Below are positions 27,476-37,095 of a stretch of 64,000 bases of DNA, one piece after another. A model generated the notes under the pieces. It searched no databases and was not told the origin of the DNA. It was given only the letters and a program-made list of their open reading frames with translations. Origin of the DNA: an uncultured delta proteobacterium (GTDB lineage: Bacteria; Myxococcota_A; UBA9160; SMWR01); NCBI GenBank assembly GCA_963832165.1, contig CAWHTE010000003.1:480001-544000 (forward strand). The letters run 5' to 3'. The translations under genes and the position numbers were made by a program. How positions within the stretch are numbered: position 1 is the stretch's first letter; each line of letters opens with the position of its first letter.

Positions 27476-28674
27476 TGGATCTCCGTTACGACGAGAACTA
27501 CGAGCTGTTCCGCGCCGAGCTGCGCGAGTTCCTGCGCGGCTGGCCGCTCACGGGTGCGGAGGCGCAGCTCCCGCAGCGCGAGCGCGAGGCGCTGTTCCGC
27601 GCGCGCGGGATCGAGCGCGGCTACGTCTACCGGCACATTCCGGCCGAGTACGGCGGCGCCGGTCGCGAGCCCGACGTCGTGATCGATCAGATCCTGTCCG
27701 AGGAGTACGCGCTCTCGGGCGCTCCGGGTCCACTGCTCACGCAGGGCGCCGGGATGCTCGCGCCGACGCTGCTCGACATGGGCCGCGAAGACCAGAAGCA
27801 GCGTTTCGTCGCGCGCGCGCTCAAGGGCGAGGACGTCTGGTGCCAGGGCTACAGCGAGCCCGGCGCGGGCAGCGACCTCGCGGCGCTCACGGCGCGCGCG
27901 GAGCTCGTCGGAAGCGAGTGGGTGATCCACGGCCACAAGATCTGGACCTCGGGCGCGGACAAGGCGGATTACATGTTCGGCCTGTTCCGCACCGAGCCCG
28001 ACGCGCCCAAGCACGGCGGCATCTCCTACCTCTTGCTCGACATGCGGCAGCCCGGCATCACGGTGCGGCCGCTGCGCGAGATGACCGGCGGCGCGATGTT
28101 CAACGAGGTGTTCTTCGACGGCGCGCGCACCCCGGCCGACTGGATCGTCGGCGAGCGCGGGCAGGGCTGGCAGGTGTCGCGCGCCACGCTCAAGCACGAG
28201 CGCAACATGATCGGCAACCCGAACGCGATGCGGCGCCTGTTCGACGAGCTGGTCGCGATGCTGCGCGCGGGGCACGCGCTCGAGCGACCCGAGGTGCGCC
28301 AGCGGCTCGCGGAGATCGAGGGCTACCTCCTGTCCCACGAGTACACGGGGCGGCGCATGCTCACCTCGACCGCGCGCGGCGACACCGACGACCTGGCGCT
28401 GCCGAGCCTGCTCATGAAGCTCTACGGCACCAACCTGCGGCGTCGCATCTCCGAGCTCGCCTACGACGAGATCGGCTCCGCGGGCCTGCTCGAGCCGAGC
28501 GAGGCGGAGCAGCAGCCGCTCGCGACCGGCACGCCCGGCACCTGGACGGCGCGCATGATGAGCGCGATCGCCGTCGCGATCGCGGGCGGCGCCTCGAACA
28601 TCCAGCGCAACATCATCGGCGAGCGCGGCCTCGGCTTGCCGCGCGATCTCCACGCGCGCAAGAAGCACTCGTAG
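27475..28674 (+). CDS. Acyl-CoA dehydrogenase, long subunit of a heteromeric pair
   Basis: WCQGYSEPGAGSDLA, KIWTS, FNEVFFD, IAGGASNIQRNIIGERGLGLP; TAATG coupling. Confidence 0.92.
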   Translation: MDLRYDENYELFRAELREFLRGWPLTGAEAQLPQREREALFRARGIERGYVYRHIPAEYGGAGREPDVVIDQILSEEYALSGAPGPLLTQGAGMLAPTLLDMGREDQKQRFVARALKGEDVWCQGYSEPGAGSDLAALTARAELVGSEWVIHGHKIWTSGADKADYMFGLFRTEPDAPKHGGISYLLLDMRQPGITVRPLREMTGGAMFNEVFFDGARTPADWIVGERGQGWQVSRATLKHERNMIGNPNAMRRLFDELVAMLRAGHALERPEVRQRLAEIEGYLLSHEYTGRRMLTSTARGDTDDLALPSLLMKLYGTNLRRRISELAYDEIGSAGLLEPSEAEQQPLATGTPGTWTARMMSAIAVAIAGGASNIQRNIIGERGLGLPRDLHARKKHS

Positions 28675-28703
28675 GGCGGGAGAAGCCGAAGGCGGATCCC
28701 GCC
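28675..28703 (+). terminator. GC-rich hairpin after the ACAD stop, possible terminator or stabiliser
   Basis: GGCGGGA...TCCCGCC stem with inner GCC-GAA-GGC; no U-tract. Confidence 0.3.
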
Positions 28704-28790
28704 ATGCCGGATGGTCGAACACCAGCGATCGATCGCTATCCTGATCGTATCGGGGGGTGGGAGGCGCGATGCGAGGCATCCACCCGAGCG

Positions 28791-29477
28791 ATGCTGTTCG
28801 CTGACCGAGCCGACGCGGGGCGCGTGCTCATAGAGCGCCTGGGCGCCTACGCGGATCGGCCCGACGTGACCGTGCTCGCGCTGCCGCGCGGCGGCGTCGT
28901 GGTGGCATACGAGGTCGCGCACGCGCTGCGCGCTCCGCTCGATGTCCTCGTCGTGCGAAAGCTCGGCGTTCCGGGCCACTCCGAGCTCGCGATGGGTGCG
29001 ATCGCGAGCGGTGGCGCGCGCGTGCTTTCCCCCGACGTGATCGGAATGCTCGGAATCACGCAGTCGCAGATCGAGGCGGTGGCGGTGCGCGAGCAGTCCG
29101 AGCTGGAGCGCCGCGAGCGCGCCTATCGCGGCACGCGCGTGGCTGCGCCGATCTACGGACGCATCGTGTTGCTCGTGGACGACGGTCTCGCGACCGGCGC
29201 GACGATGCGCGCGGCGGTGCGGTCGGTGCGCGAGCATGAGCCGCGTCGGGTGGTCGTGGCCGTACCGGTTGGCGCTCCGGAGACCTGTGCCGAGCTGCGC
29301 ACCGAAGCCGACGAAGTGGTGTGCGCGCGCTCGCCCGAGCCGTTCTGCGCCGTGGGCGCGTGGTACGACGAGTTCTCGCAGACGGGCGACGACGAGGTCC
29401 GCGAGCTGCTCGCGCGCGCGGCGCGCGAGCTCGGCGGCGCCGCGTCGTCGTCGCATGCGGAGGGAGGCATGCGATGA
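28791..29477 (+). CDS. Type I phosphoribosyltransferase (COG1926-like)
   Basis: MLFADRADAG, LALPRGGV, VRKLGVP, LVDDGLATGATM, AVGAWYDEFSQ. Confidence 0.92.
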   Translation: MLFADRADAGRVLIERLGAYADRPDVTVLALPRGGVVVAYEVAHALRAPLDVLVVRKLGVPGHSELAMGAIASGGARVLSPDVIGMLGITQSQIEAVAVREQSELERRERAYRGTRVAAPIYGRIVLLVDDGLATGATMRAAVRSVREHEPRRVVVAVPVGAPETCAELRTEADEVVCARSPEPFCAVGAWYDEFSQTGDDEVRELLARAARELGGAASSSHAEGGMR

Positions 29478-29623
29478 TCCGCAAGCTAGCCGATGGCCGC
29501 TATCGCCTCTATTCGCGCAAGCGAAATCCCAGGACCGGCCGGCGCCGCAACCTCGGGACCTTCAATTCGCGCGCGGCTGCGCAGAAACACGAGCGCGCCG
29601 TGCAGTACTTCAAGCGCCGCTGA
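29474..29623 (+). CDS. 49-aa highly basic hypothetical protein
   Basis: GGAGG RBS, ATGA overlap; MIRKLADGRYRLYSRKRNPRTGRRRNLGTFNSRAAAQKHERAVQYFKRR. Confidence 0.75.
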   Translation: MIRKLADGRYRLYSRKRNPRTGRRRNLGTFNSRAAAQKHERAVQYFKRR

Positions 29624-30208
29624 TCAGCGCCCCTTCAGCAGCGCTTCCTTCAAGTCCTGCTGGACCGGCTTCGCTCCGAGCCAGATCTTGAGCAGCGCGC
29701 GCTGGAGATCCGGCCCCGCGATCGATCCCTGCGGCTTCCCCTTGAAGGTCACGCTCGTGGCGCCGGTGGTCGTGAAGTCGATGTCGATCGCGTCGCCCTC
29801 GGCCACGTCTCCGAACGCCGTGAACAGCTTCTCGATCTCGTCGAGCTTCGGCTTCAGCGCCGCGAGCTCCGCCTCCGTGTTGTTCGCCTGGATCCCCTCG
29901 TCGAAGGCGTCCCAGATCGTGCTCGCGCCGAGCGCGCGCTTCAGCACGAGTCGCACGCGCCGGAGCTGGCTTCCGCCCGCGATCACGGCATCGGCACTCG
30001 TCGTGCGAGACGGCAGGTAGAGCCCGATCACGTAGATCTTCAGCATCAGCTTGGTGCGCAGCCCGGCGCCGTTGAGGATCAGCGGAACACCCCCGACATC
30101 GATCGAATCGCTCAGCTTCACACCGGACACTTCCATTGCTCGACTGCTACTCGCGATTGCGGCGATTGCGACCGCCGCGATCATCCACGCGCCCATCGAT
30201 TTCTTCAT
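29624..30208 (-). CDS. Chalcone isomerase-like periplasmic protein
   Basis: Signal peptide; LNGAGLRTKLMLKIYVIGLYL, IWLGAKPVQQDLKEALL; AAGGAG RBS. Confidence 0.9.
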   Translation of the reverse strand: MKKSMGAWMIAAVAIAAIASSSRAMEVSGVKLSDSIDVGGVPLILNGAGLRTKLMLKIYVIGLYLPSRTTSADAVIAGGSQLRRVRLVLKRALGASTIWDAFDEGIQANNTEAELAALKPKLDEIEKLFTAFGDVAEGDAIDIDFTTTGATSVTFKGKPQGSIAGPDLQRALLKIWLGAKPVQQDLKEALLKGR

Positions 30209-30226
30209 GGCAATCTCCTTGTGGGT

Positions 30227-31072
30227 TCAGATCCGGACGGGGTGTACCGGTGCGCCCGCGACGTCGACGCGCGTGCGCAGCACGCAGCCGCGCAGGTCGG
30301 GATCGCCGGTGTGATCCGCCGTGGTGACGATCAAGTCGCAGCGGTCGGCGCCCGCGAAGCACACGCTCGTGACGACGTGCGCCGGTACGGCGAGGCTGCG
30401 ATCCACCGTCCCGTTGGTTCGGTAGCGGTCGACGCGGCCTCCACCCGCCGACGCGACCCACACGCCGCCGAGCACGTCCACCGCGATACCGTCGGGCCGT
30501 CCGTTCACCATCGCCCAGGTGCGGCGCGCGCTGGCATTGCCCGCGCGGTCGAAGGTGTGTACGAAGATCACGCCCGCGCGCGTGTCGGAGTGATAGAGCG
30601 TTCGCTCGTCCGGCGAGAGCGCGATGCCATTCGCGTGCAACACGCCGCCGTACACGACGTGCGCCTCGCCCTCCTTGTCGATCCGGTAGCACTCGCCCGG
30701 TACCGGCTGCGCGTTCGGGTCGAACACCGCGAAGCGCAGCGCGCCCGCGTAGACGCGGCCCGCCGTGTCGGTGCACAGGTCGTTCCAGCCCGGCAGTCCC
30801 GGGATCGAGAGCAGCGTGCGCGTGACGCCCGCGTGCACGTGCACGATGTCGCGACCCGAGCACACGACGCCTCCGTCGGCGTGCAGCGCGATCCCGCCGA
30901 CGCCGCGCCGCTTCGGCACGAGCGTGCTGACCGCGCCGGCGCGGTCGACGCGGTACACGCCGCCGCCGAGGACGTCGCTGAAGACGATGGCGCCCGCGGC
31001 GTCTTCCGTGGGGCCTTCGACGAGTCCGTAGCCGCGCGCGAGCACCTCGAAGTGCACGGGCTGCGGCGTCAC
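30227..31072 (-). CDS. SMP-30/gluconolactonase/LRE family protein
   Basis: EGP, WNDL, ANGIALSPD, PDGIAVD, TSVCFAG. Confidence 0.9.
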   Translation of the reverse strand: MTPQPVHFEVLARGYGLVEGPTEDAAGAIVFSDVLGGGVYRVDRAGAVSTLVPKRRGVGGIALHADGGVVCSGRDIVHVHAGVTRTLLSIPGLPGWNDLCTDTAGRVYAGALRFAVFDPNAQPVPGECYRIDKEGEAHVVYGGVLHANGIALSPDERTLYHSDTRAGVIFVHTFDRAGNASARRTWAMVNGRPDGIAVDVLGGVWVASAGGGRVDRYRTNGTVDRSLAVPAHVVTSVCFAGADRCDLIVTTADHTGDPDLRGCVLRTRVDVAGAPVHPVRI

Positions 31073-32564
31073 TGATCCTGATCCTGGTCTTGGTCCTGAT
31101 CTTGATCCGCGCACGGGCCTTCGCAGGGAACGAACACGTCGAGCACCTCGCGGCGCAGCGGGTACTGTTCGGGATGCGCCGCCTCTTCCTCCTGCCAGCC
31201 ACCGCCGAGCGCGCGGTACAGCTGAACGACGCTGAGCAGCGCGCTCAGACGATTGCGCGCGAGCGCGTTCTCGGCCGGAAACAGCTCCTGCTGCGATTCG
31301 AGGACCTCGTAGTAGTTCGCGAGGCCGCCCGAGTAGCGCGAGTTCGACAGGCGCACGGCGTCCTGGAGCGCAACGACCTGCCGCTCGAGCTCGACGTTGG
31401 CGGCGAGGTACTTCTGGCGCGCCACGAGCGAGTTGGAGACCTCGGCCAGCGCGTTCAGCACCGTTCGCTCGTAGGCCAGGAGCGACTCCTCCCAGGCGGC
31501 GACGTCGAACTTGTATCCGTAGTAGAGCCGGCCGCCCTGGAACAGCGGGCCCGTCACGGCGGCGCCGATCGACCACACGTTGCCCGACTTCTTGACGATG
31601 TTCTCGATCTCGCTGCTCTGACCGCCGTAGAGCGCGGTGAGGCCGATCCGGGGCAGGAAGCTCGCGATCGAGACACCCACCTGCGCGTTCGCCGCGACGA
31701 TGTTCTCCTCGGCTTGCAGCACGTCGGGGCGGCGCCGCAGCAGCTCGGCCGGCAGCCCCGCCGGCACCTCGGGCGAGTAGTCCTGCTCGACCAGGGCGCT
31801 GCCGCGCGCGATGTCGCTCGGATGTCGCCCGAGCAGGATCGAGAGCTGGTTCTCCTTGGCCACGATCTGGCGCTCGAGATCCGGGATCGCCGCGGCCGTA
31901 CTCGCGAGCGCGGCCTCCGCGCGCGAGGTCGCGAGCCGCGTGCCGACGCCGCCGGTGAGCTGACGCTCGAAGAGGTCGAGCGTCTGCTGGAACGAGTCCC
32001 GCGTGCGCAGCGCGATCTCGAGCTCGAGGTCGAGCTCGCGCAGCTCGAGGTAGGCCTGCGCGACGTCCGTGACCAGCGTCAGCACGACCGCGCGCCGCAC
32101 GTCCTCGGCGGCGTACAGGTTGGCCAGCTGCACCTCCGTCGCGCGCCGGATGCGCCCCCAGAGGTCGATCTCCCAGGCCATCTGGAACGCGCCGAAGAAG
32201 AGGTTGGTCGTGCGCCCGAACCCGTCGGCCTCGGACTGGAACCGGCCGCGCTCGGCCGAGCCGTCGTAGGTCACCCCGGGCAGCGCGTCGGCGCGGATCA
32301 CTCCGACCGCATAACGGGCCTGCTCGACGCGCGCGGCGGCGATCCGCAGATCGTGGTTGTTCTGGAGCGACTCTTCGATCAGCTGCTTGAGCACGGGATC
32401 GCGGAAGACGTCCCACCACGGGAGGTCCGCGATCGAGGTCGCGGACTGCAGCCTCCTCGCCGCGGAACGCGGGCTGGACCTCGATCTCGGGCTGCCGGTA
32501 GCGCGGTCCGATCGCGCATGCGCACAGCGACGAGACACAGCACCGTGACGAGACTCTTCCGCAT
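31069..32564 (-). CDS. RND efflux outer-membrane lipoprotein (NodT/OprM-like); frameshifts in the N-terminal part (~32450-32520)
   Basis: WWDVFRDP.L..LI...LQNNHDL, WEIDLWGR, PAGLPAELLRRRPD, LYRALGGGW. Confidence 0.9.
31072..31107 (-). repeat. (DQ)6 hexanucleotide repeat at the OMF C-terminus
   Basis: gat caa gat cag gac caa gac cag gat cag gat cag tga. Confidence 0.8.
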
Positions 32565-32569
32565 GGAAC

Positions 32570-35500
32570 TCAGTGCGCTGCGTCCGGTGCGGGGGTTGCG
32601 ACCAGCGGGGTTGCCTCGGGGCTCACCTGCTTCTTCTTTCCGAGAGATTGAACGAACGCGAAGTTGCCGGGGATCAGGAATACGCCGAAGAACGTCGCGA
32701 CGAGCATGCCCCAGAACACGGCCGTTCCCATCACGTTCTGCGCACCCGCGCCCGCGCCGCTCGCGATCATGAGCGGGACGACGCCCAGGATGAACGCGAA
32801 CGCCGTCATGAGGATCGGGCGGAAGCGCAGCCGCGCCGACTCGAGCGCTGCGGCTTCGATCTCCTGGCCCTCGTCCTGCTTCGCCTTCGCGAACTCGACG
32901 ATCAGGATCGCGTTCTTGGCCGCGAGTCCGATCAGCATGATGTTGCCGATCTGGACGTAGACGTTGTTGTCGTAGCCCATCAGCCAGACGCCGAAGAACG
33001 AGCCGAGCGCGACCAGCGGCGATCCGAGCAGCACCGCCCAGGGCAGCCGCCAGCTCTCGTAGAGCGCCGCGAGCAGCAGGAACACGAACACGATCGCGAG
33101 CGCGAAGGTCGGACCGGCCGGCGGGGCGACCTTCTCCTGATAGGTCATCTGGCTGTAGGCGACGCCCATCTCCTTCGGCATCGTCTCGTCGAACACCTCT
33201 TCGAGTGCTGCGAGCGTCTGGCCCGAGCTGTAGCCCGGCGCGGGCACGCCGTTGAACTCGACGGAGCGGAACAGGTTGAAGCGGTTGGTGATCTCGGTGC
33301 CGGACTCCGACGTGATCGTCACGAGCGTGGACAGCGGGATCATCTCGCCGCTGACGTTGCTGCGCACGAAGATCCTGCCGATGTCTTCGGGCCGCCGCCG
33401 CTGATCCGACTCGGCCTGGACGTAGACGCGGAACAGTCGGCCGAAGCGGTTGAAGTCGTTCACGTAGCTGCCGCCGAGCACCGACGACATCGCCGAGAAG
33501 ACGTCGTTGATCGGCACGCCGAGCTTGCGCGCCTTCTCGCGGTCGAGCTCGACCTTCACCTGCGGGTAGCGCGGATCGAAGGAGGTGAAGATGTTGCCGA
33601 CCTCGGGCCGCTTGCGGGCCGCGTCCGCGAACTGCCGGCTCCGCTCGCCGAGGTCCGCCACGCTCATGCTGCCGCTGCGGTCCTGGAGGATGAAGTTGAA
33701 TCCCGCCGACGCGCCGAAGCCCGAGATGGTGGGAATGTTGAACGGGAAGACGATCGCCTCCGGCACGCGCGCGAACTGGGCCTGGAGCGTGCGCATGATC
33801 CCGCGCACGTGCAGCGCGTCGCCGGACCGCTCCTCCCACGGCTTCAACCGGATGAAGATCGTGCCGAAGTTGGGCTGATAGGTGCTCGTCACGACGCCGT
33901 AGCCGCCGATCGTCTGATACGCGTCGACCCCTTCCGTCTTGCCGACGATCTCCTCCACCTTCGAGAGGACTGCGCTCGTGCGCTCGAGCGAGGAGCCCGC
34001 GGGCAGCGTCACGTTGACGCCCATGATGCCCTGGTCTTCGTCGGGGATGAAGCCGGCCGCGAGCCGGCTGCCGAACAGGCCGGCCACGATGGCGACTCCC
34101 GCGACGATCACGATCGTGAGCGATGCGCGCCGCACGAGCAGCTGCGTGTAGCTCATGTAATGCGTGGTGGTGCGGTCGAATACGCGGTTGAAGCCGGCGA
34201 AGAACTTGCCGAGCACTCCGCCCATCGGCTTGTGCGGCTTGAGCAGCATCGCCGCCAGCGCCGGAGAGAGCGACAGCGCGCTGAACGCCGACATCAGCAC
34301 CGAGATCGCGATCGTGAGCGCGAACTGCTGGTACATCTGTCCCGTGAGGCCGCCGAGCATCGCGACGGGGATGAACACGGCCGAGAGGATCAGCGCGATG
34401 CCGATCACGGGCGCCGTCACTTCCTTCATCGCCTGCTTCGTCGCATCGACGGGGCGATAAGCCGTGTTCCATGTGGTGGATCACCGCCTCGACCACCACG
34501 ATCGCGTCGTCGACCACGATGCCGATCGCGAGCACGAGGCCGAACATCGACAGCGTGTTCACCGAGAAGCCGAGCAACGGGAAGAAGATGAGGGTGCCGA
34601 TCAGCGACACCGGCACGGTCAGCAGCGGGATCAGCGTCGCGCGGAAGTTCTGCAGGAAGATGAATACGACGATCGTGACGAGGATGACCGCCTCGACGAA
34701 GGTGTGCAGGATCGACTCGATCGACGCCTCGACCGCGGGCGTCGTGTCGTAGACGATCGTGTAGTCCATGTCGGGCGGGAAGAGCTCCTTCGCCCGCTTC
34801 ATCGTCTCGTAGATCGCCGCAGCAGCCTGGAGCTGATTGGCGCCCGGCAGCAGGTAGACGGCCATCGCGCCCGACGGGTTGCCGTTCAGCCGGCCGAACG
34901 AGTTGTAGTCCTGGGAGCCGAGCTCGGCGCGGCCGATGTCGCCCACGCGGACCTGCGCGCCGGAGATGTCCTGCCGGATGATGATGTTCTCGAACTCTTC
35001 GGGCGTGACGAGCCGACCCGGGGCGCTGACCGTGTAGGTGAAATCCTGGTCCTTCGGCGAAGGCGCCGCCCCGACGCGCCCGGCCGGCGCCTGCAGGTTC
35101 TGCTCCTTGATCGCTGCGATCACGTCGGAGGGCGTGAGCCCGAGCTTGGCCATCTTGTCGGGCTCGAGCCAGACGCGCATGCCGTAGTCGGTGCCGCCGA
35201 ACAGATCGACCTGCGCGATGCCGGGGATGCGCAGGATCTGGTCGCGCAGGTTGATGCCGCAGTAGTTGATCAGGAAGTTCGCGTCGTAGCTTCCGTTCGG
35301 CGAAGCGAGCGAGATCAGCATCAGGATGCTGGGGCTCATCTTCTTGACCGTGACGCCCTGGGCGATCACCTCCTGCGGGAGGCGCGCCTGCGCCGAGGAC
35401 ACGCGGTTCTGCGTCAGGACGTTCGCCATGTCCTGGTTCACGCCGACCGCGAAGTTGACGTCGAGCTGCATGCGGCCGTCGCTGGTATTCGACGACTTCA

Positions 35501-35732
35501 TGTAGATCATGTTCTCGACGCCGTTGACTTCCTGCTCGACCGGCGTCGCGACGGACTGCTCGACCGCCACGGCCGAAGCGCCCGGGTACGTGCCCGTGAC
35601 GCGGATCGTCGGTGGCGCGAGGAACGGATACTGCTCGATGCTGAGGCCCAGGAGCGTATTCAGCCCGAGCAGAACGGTCAGGATCGCGATCACGATCGCG
35701 ACGATCGGACGCCGGATGAAGAACTCCGCCAC
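32570..35732 (-). CDS. RND efflux permease (HAE1/AcrB family); one frameshift near 34450
   Basis: FFIRRPIVA, AIGIVVDDAIVVVE, PDEDQG, GLAAKNAILIVEFAK, RFRPILMT; the two ORFs join into a full-length ~1050 aa protein. Confidence 0.93.
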
Positions 35733-35744
35733 GGGTCGGCTCCG

Positions 35745-36908
35745 TTACGGCTTCGGAGGCGGGGGCGCAGACGCGACGGCGGCTTCCGGAACGGGATTGA
35801 CGATCAACCCGTCGCGCACTTTCTGAACTCCTTCGACCACCACCCGTTCGCCGGGTTTCAGGCCCTCTTCGATCACCCACACGTTGTTCGCGCGGGCGCC
35901 GGCCTTCACGCCGCGAATCGCGACCTTGTTCTCGGCGTCGACGACCGCCACTTGATAGGTCCCTTGCAGCTCCTGCACCGAGCGCTGCGGCACGACGATG
36001 GCGCCGATCTTGGTCTCGGTCGCCGCGCGCACCTTCGCATACTGTCCCGGCCGCAAGAGGTTACTCGGGTTCGGGAACAGGTTCACGATCATCATCGTTC
36101 CGGTCTGGACGTCGACCTCGCGATTGGCCACCGAGACGGAGCCGCGTTCGGGGTAGAGCGTTCCGTCGGCGAGGATCAGCTCCACGCTGGCCTTCTCGTG
36201 CCCGGGTTTGTTTACGCGCGATGCGAAGCGCAGGTACTCCTGCTCGCTGATCGGAATCGACACCTTGATCGGATCGAGCTGCGAAACCGTCGTCAGGATG
36301 GTGTTCTCGCTGATCAGATCGCCGACCTGAGCCACGGCGATGCCGGCGACGCCATCGATCGGCGAGGTGACGCGGGTCCAGTCGAGATCGAGCTGGGCCT
36401 CTTGCATCGCGGCCCGCGCCGTGTCCGAGGCGGCCTTCGCGGCGCGGTGCGACTGGATGGCGTCGTCGAGCTCCTGCTGGCTCACCGCACCCTCGGCGGC
36501 GAGCGGCGTATAGCGATTGACGTCCTGCGTCGCCTTCGTGAGCTGGGCCGCGGCCCGGCCGAACTCCCCGCGGGCCTGGTCGAGTGCGGCCTGGTAGGGA
36601 CGCGCGTCGATGCGGAACAGCAGGTCACCCGCCTTGACGACGTTGCCCTCCGTGTACTTGCGTTCCTGGAGGTATCCGGTCACGCGGGCGCGGATCTGGG
36701 CGTTGATGTTCCCGTCGATCGTGCCGACCCACTCGAAATAGATCGGCACGTCCTTCCGAACGACGTCGGCCACGACCACGTCCGGCGGCGGCGGCGGCGC
36801 CACCGACTCCGAGCAGGCGCAGAGCACGAGCGGAGCGAGGGCCAGCAAGCCGGTCGGCAGGTAGGCGAATCTCGCCCGGCGGCGGGCCATCAATAGCCGT
36901 TCATTCAT
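35745..36908 (-). CDS. RND periplasmic adaptor (membrane fusion protein)
   Basis: Lipobox LCAC; IRARVTGYL, EGNVVKAGDLLFRID, SPIDG, GLKPGERVVVEGVQK. Start is 36908 or 36890. Confidence 0.92.
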   Translation of the reverse strand: MNERLLMARRRARFAYLPTGLLALAPLVLCACSESVAPPPPPDVVVADVVRKDVPIYFEWVGTIDGNINAQIRARVTGYLQERKYTEGNVVKAGDLLFRIDARPYQAALDQARGEFGRAAAQLTKATQDVNRYTPLAAEGAVSQQELDDAIQSHRAAKAASDTARAAMQEAQLDLDWTRVTSPIDGVAGIAVAQVGDLISENTILTTVSQLDPIKVSIPISEQEYLRFASRVNKPGHEKASVELILADGTLYPERGSVSVANREVDVQTGTMMIVNLFPNPSNLLRPGQYAKVRAATETKIGAIVVPQRSVQELQGTYQVAVVDAENKVAIRGVKAGARANNVWVIEEGLKPGERVVVEGVQKVRDGLIVNPVPEAAVASAPPPPKP

Positions 36909-37095
36909 CCGCGAGCTCCGGGGCGCCTTCGTGCTGCAGATGTCGCCTGAATACCACACCCCATTGCTGTTTTGGAAGTTGTTTCGAGAGCCGAACGTGT
37001 GCCGCAACCGCGCACCTCGTCGGCAACTACGCGGCGATGACCGCGAGTGGAACTCGATCTTTCAGCCCGCGATCGCGCGCATGCCGGGCCCACTC

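Noticed and set aside
25081..29477. 1197-aa and 752-aa ORFs over the ACAD/PRT region
   Set aside because: Spurious N-terminal extensions; real starts are 26396, 27475 and 28791.
36979..36995. Sigma54-like CGGCAC-N5-CGGC upstream of the RND operon (minus strand)
   Set aside because: The -12 element is a poor match and such patterns are frequent at this GC content.
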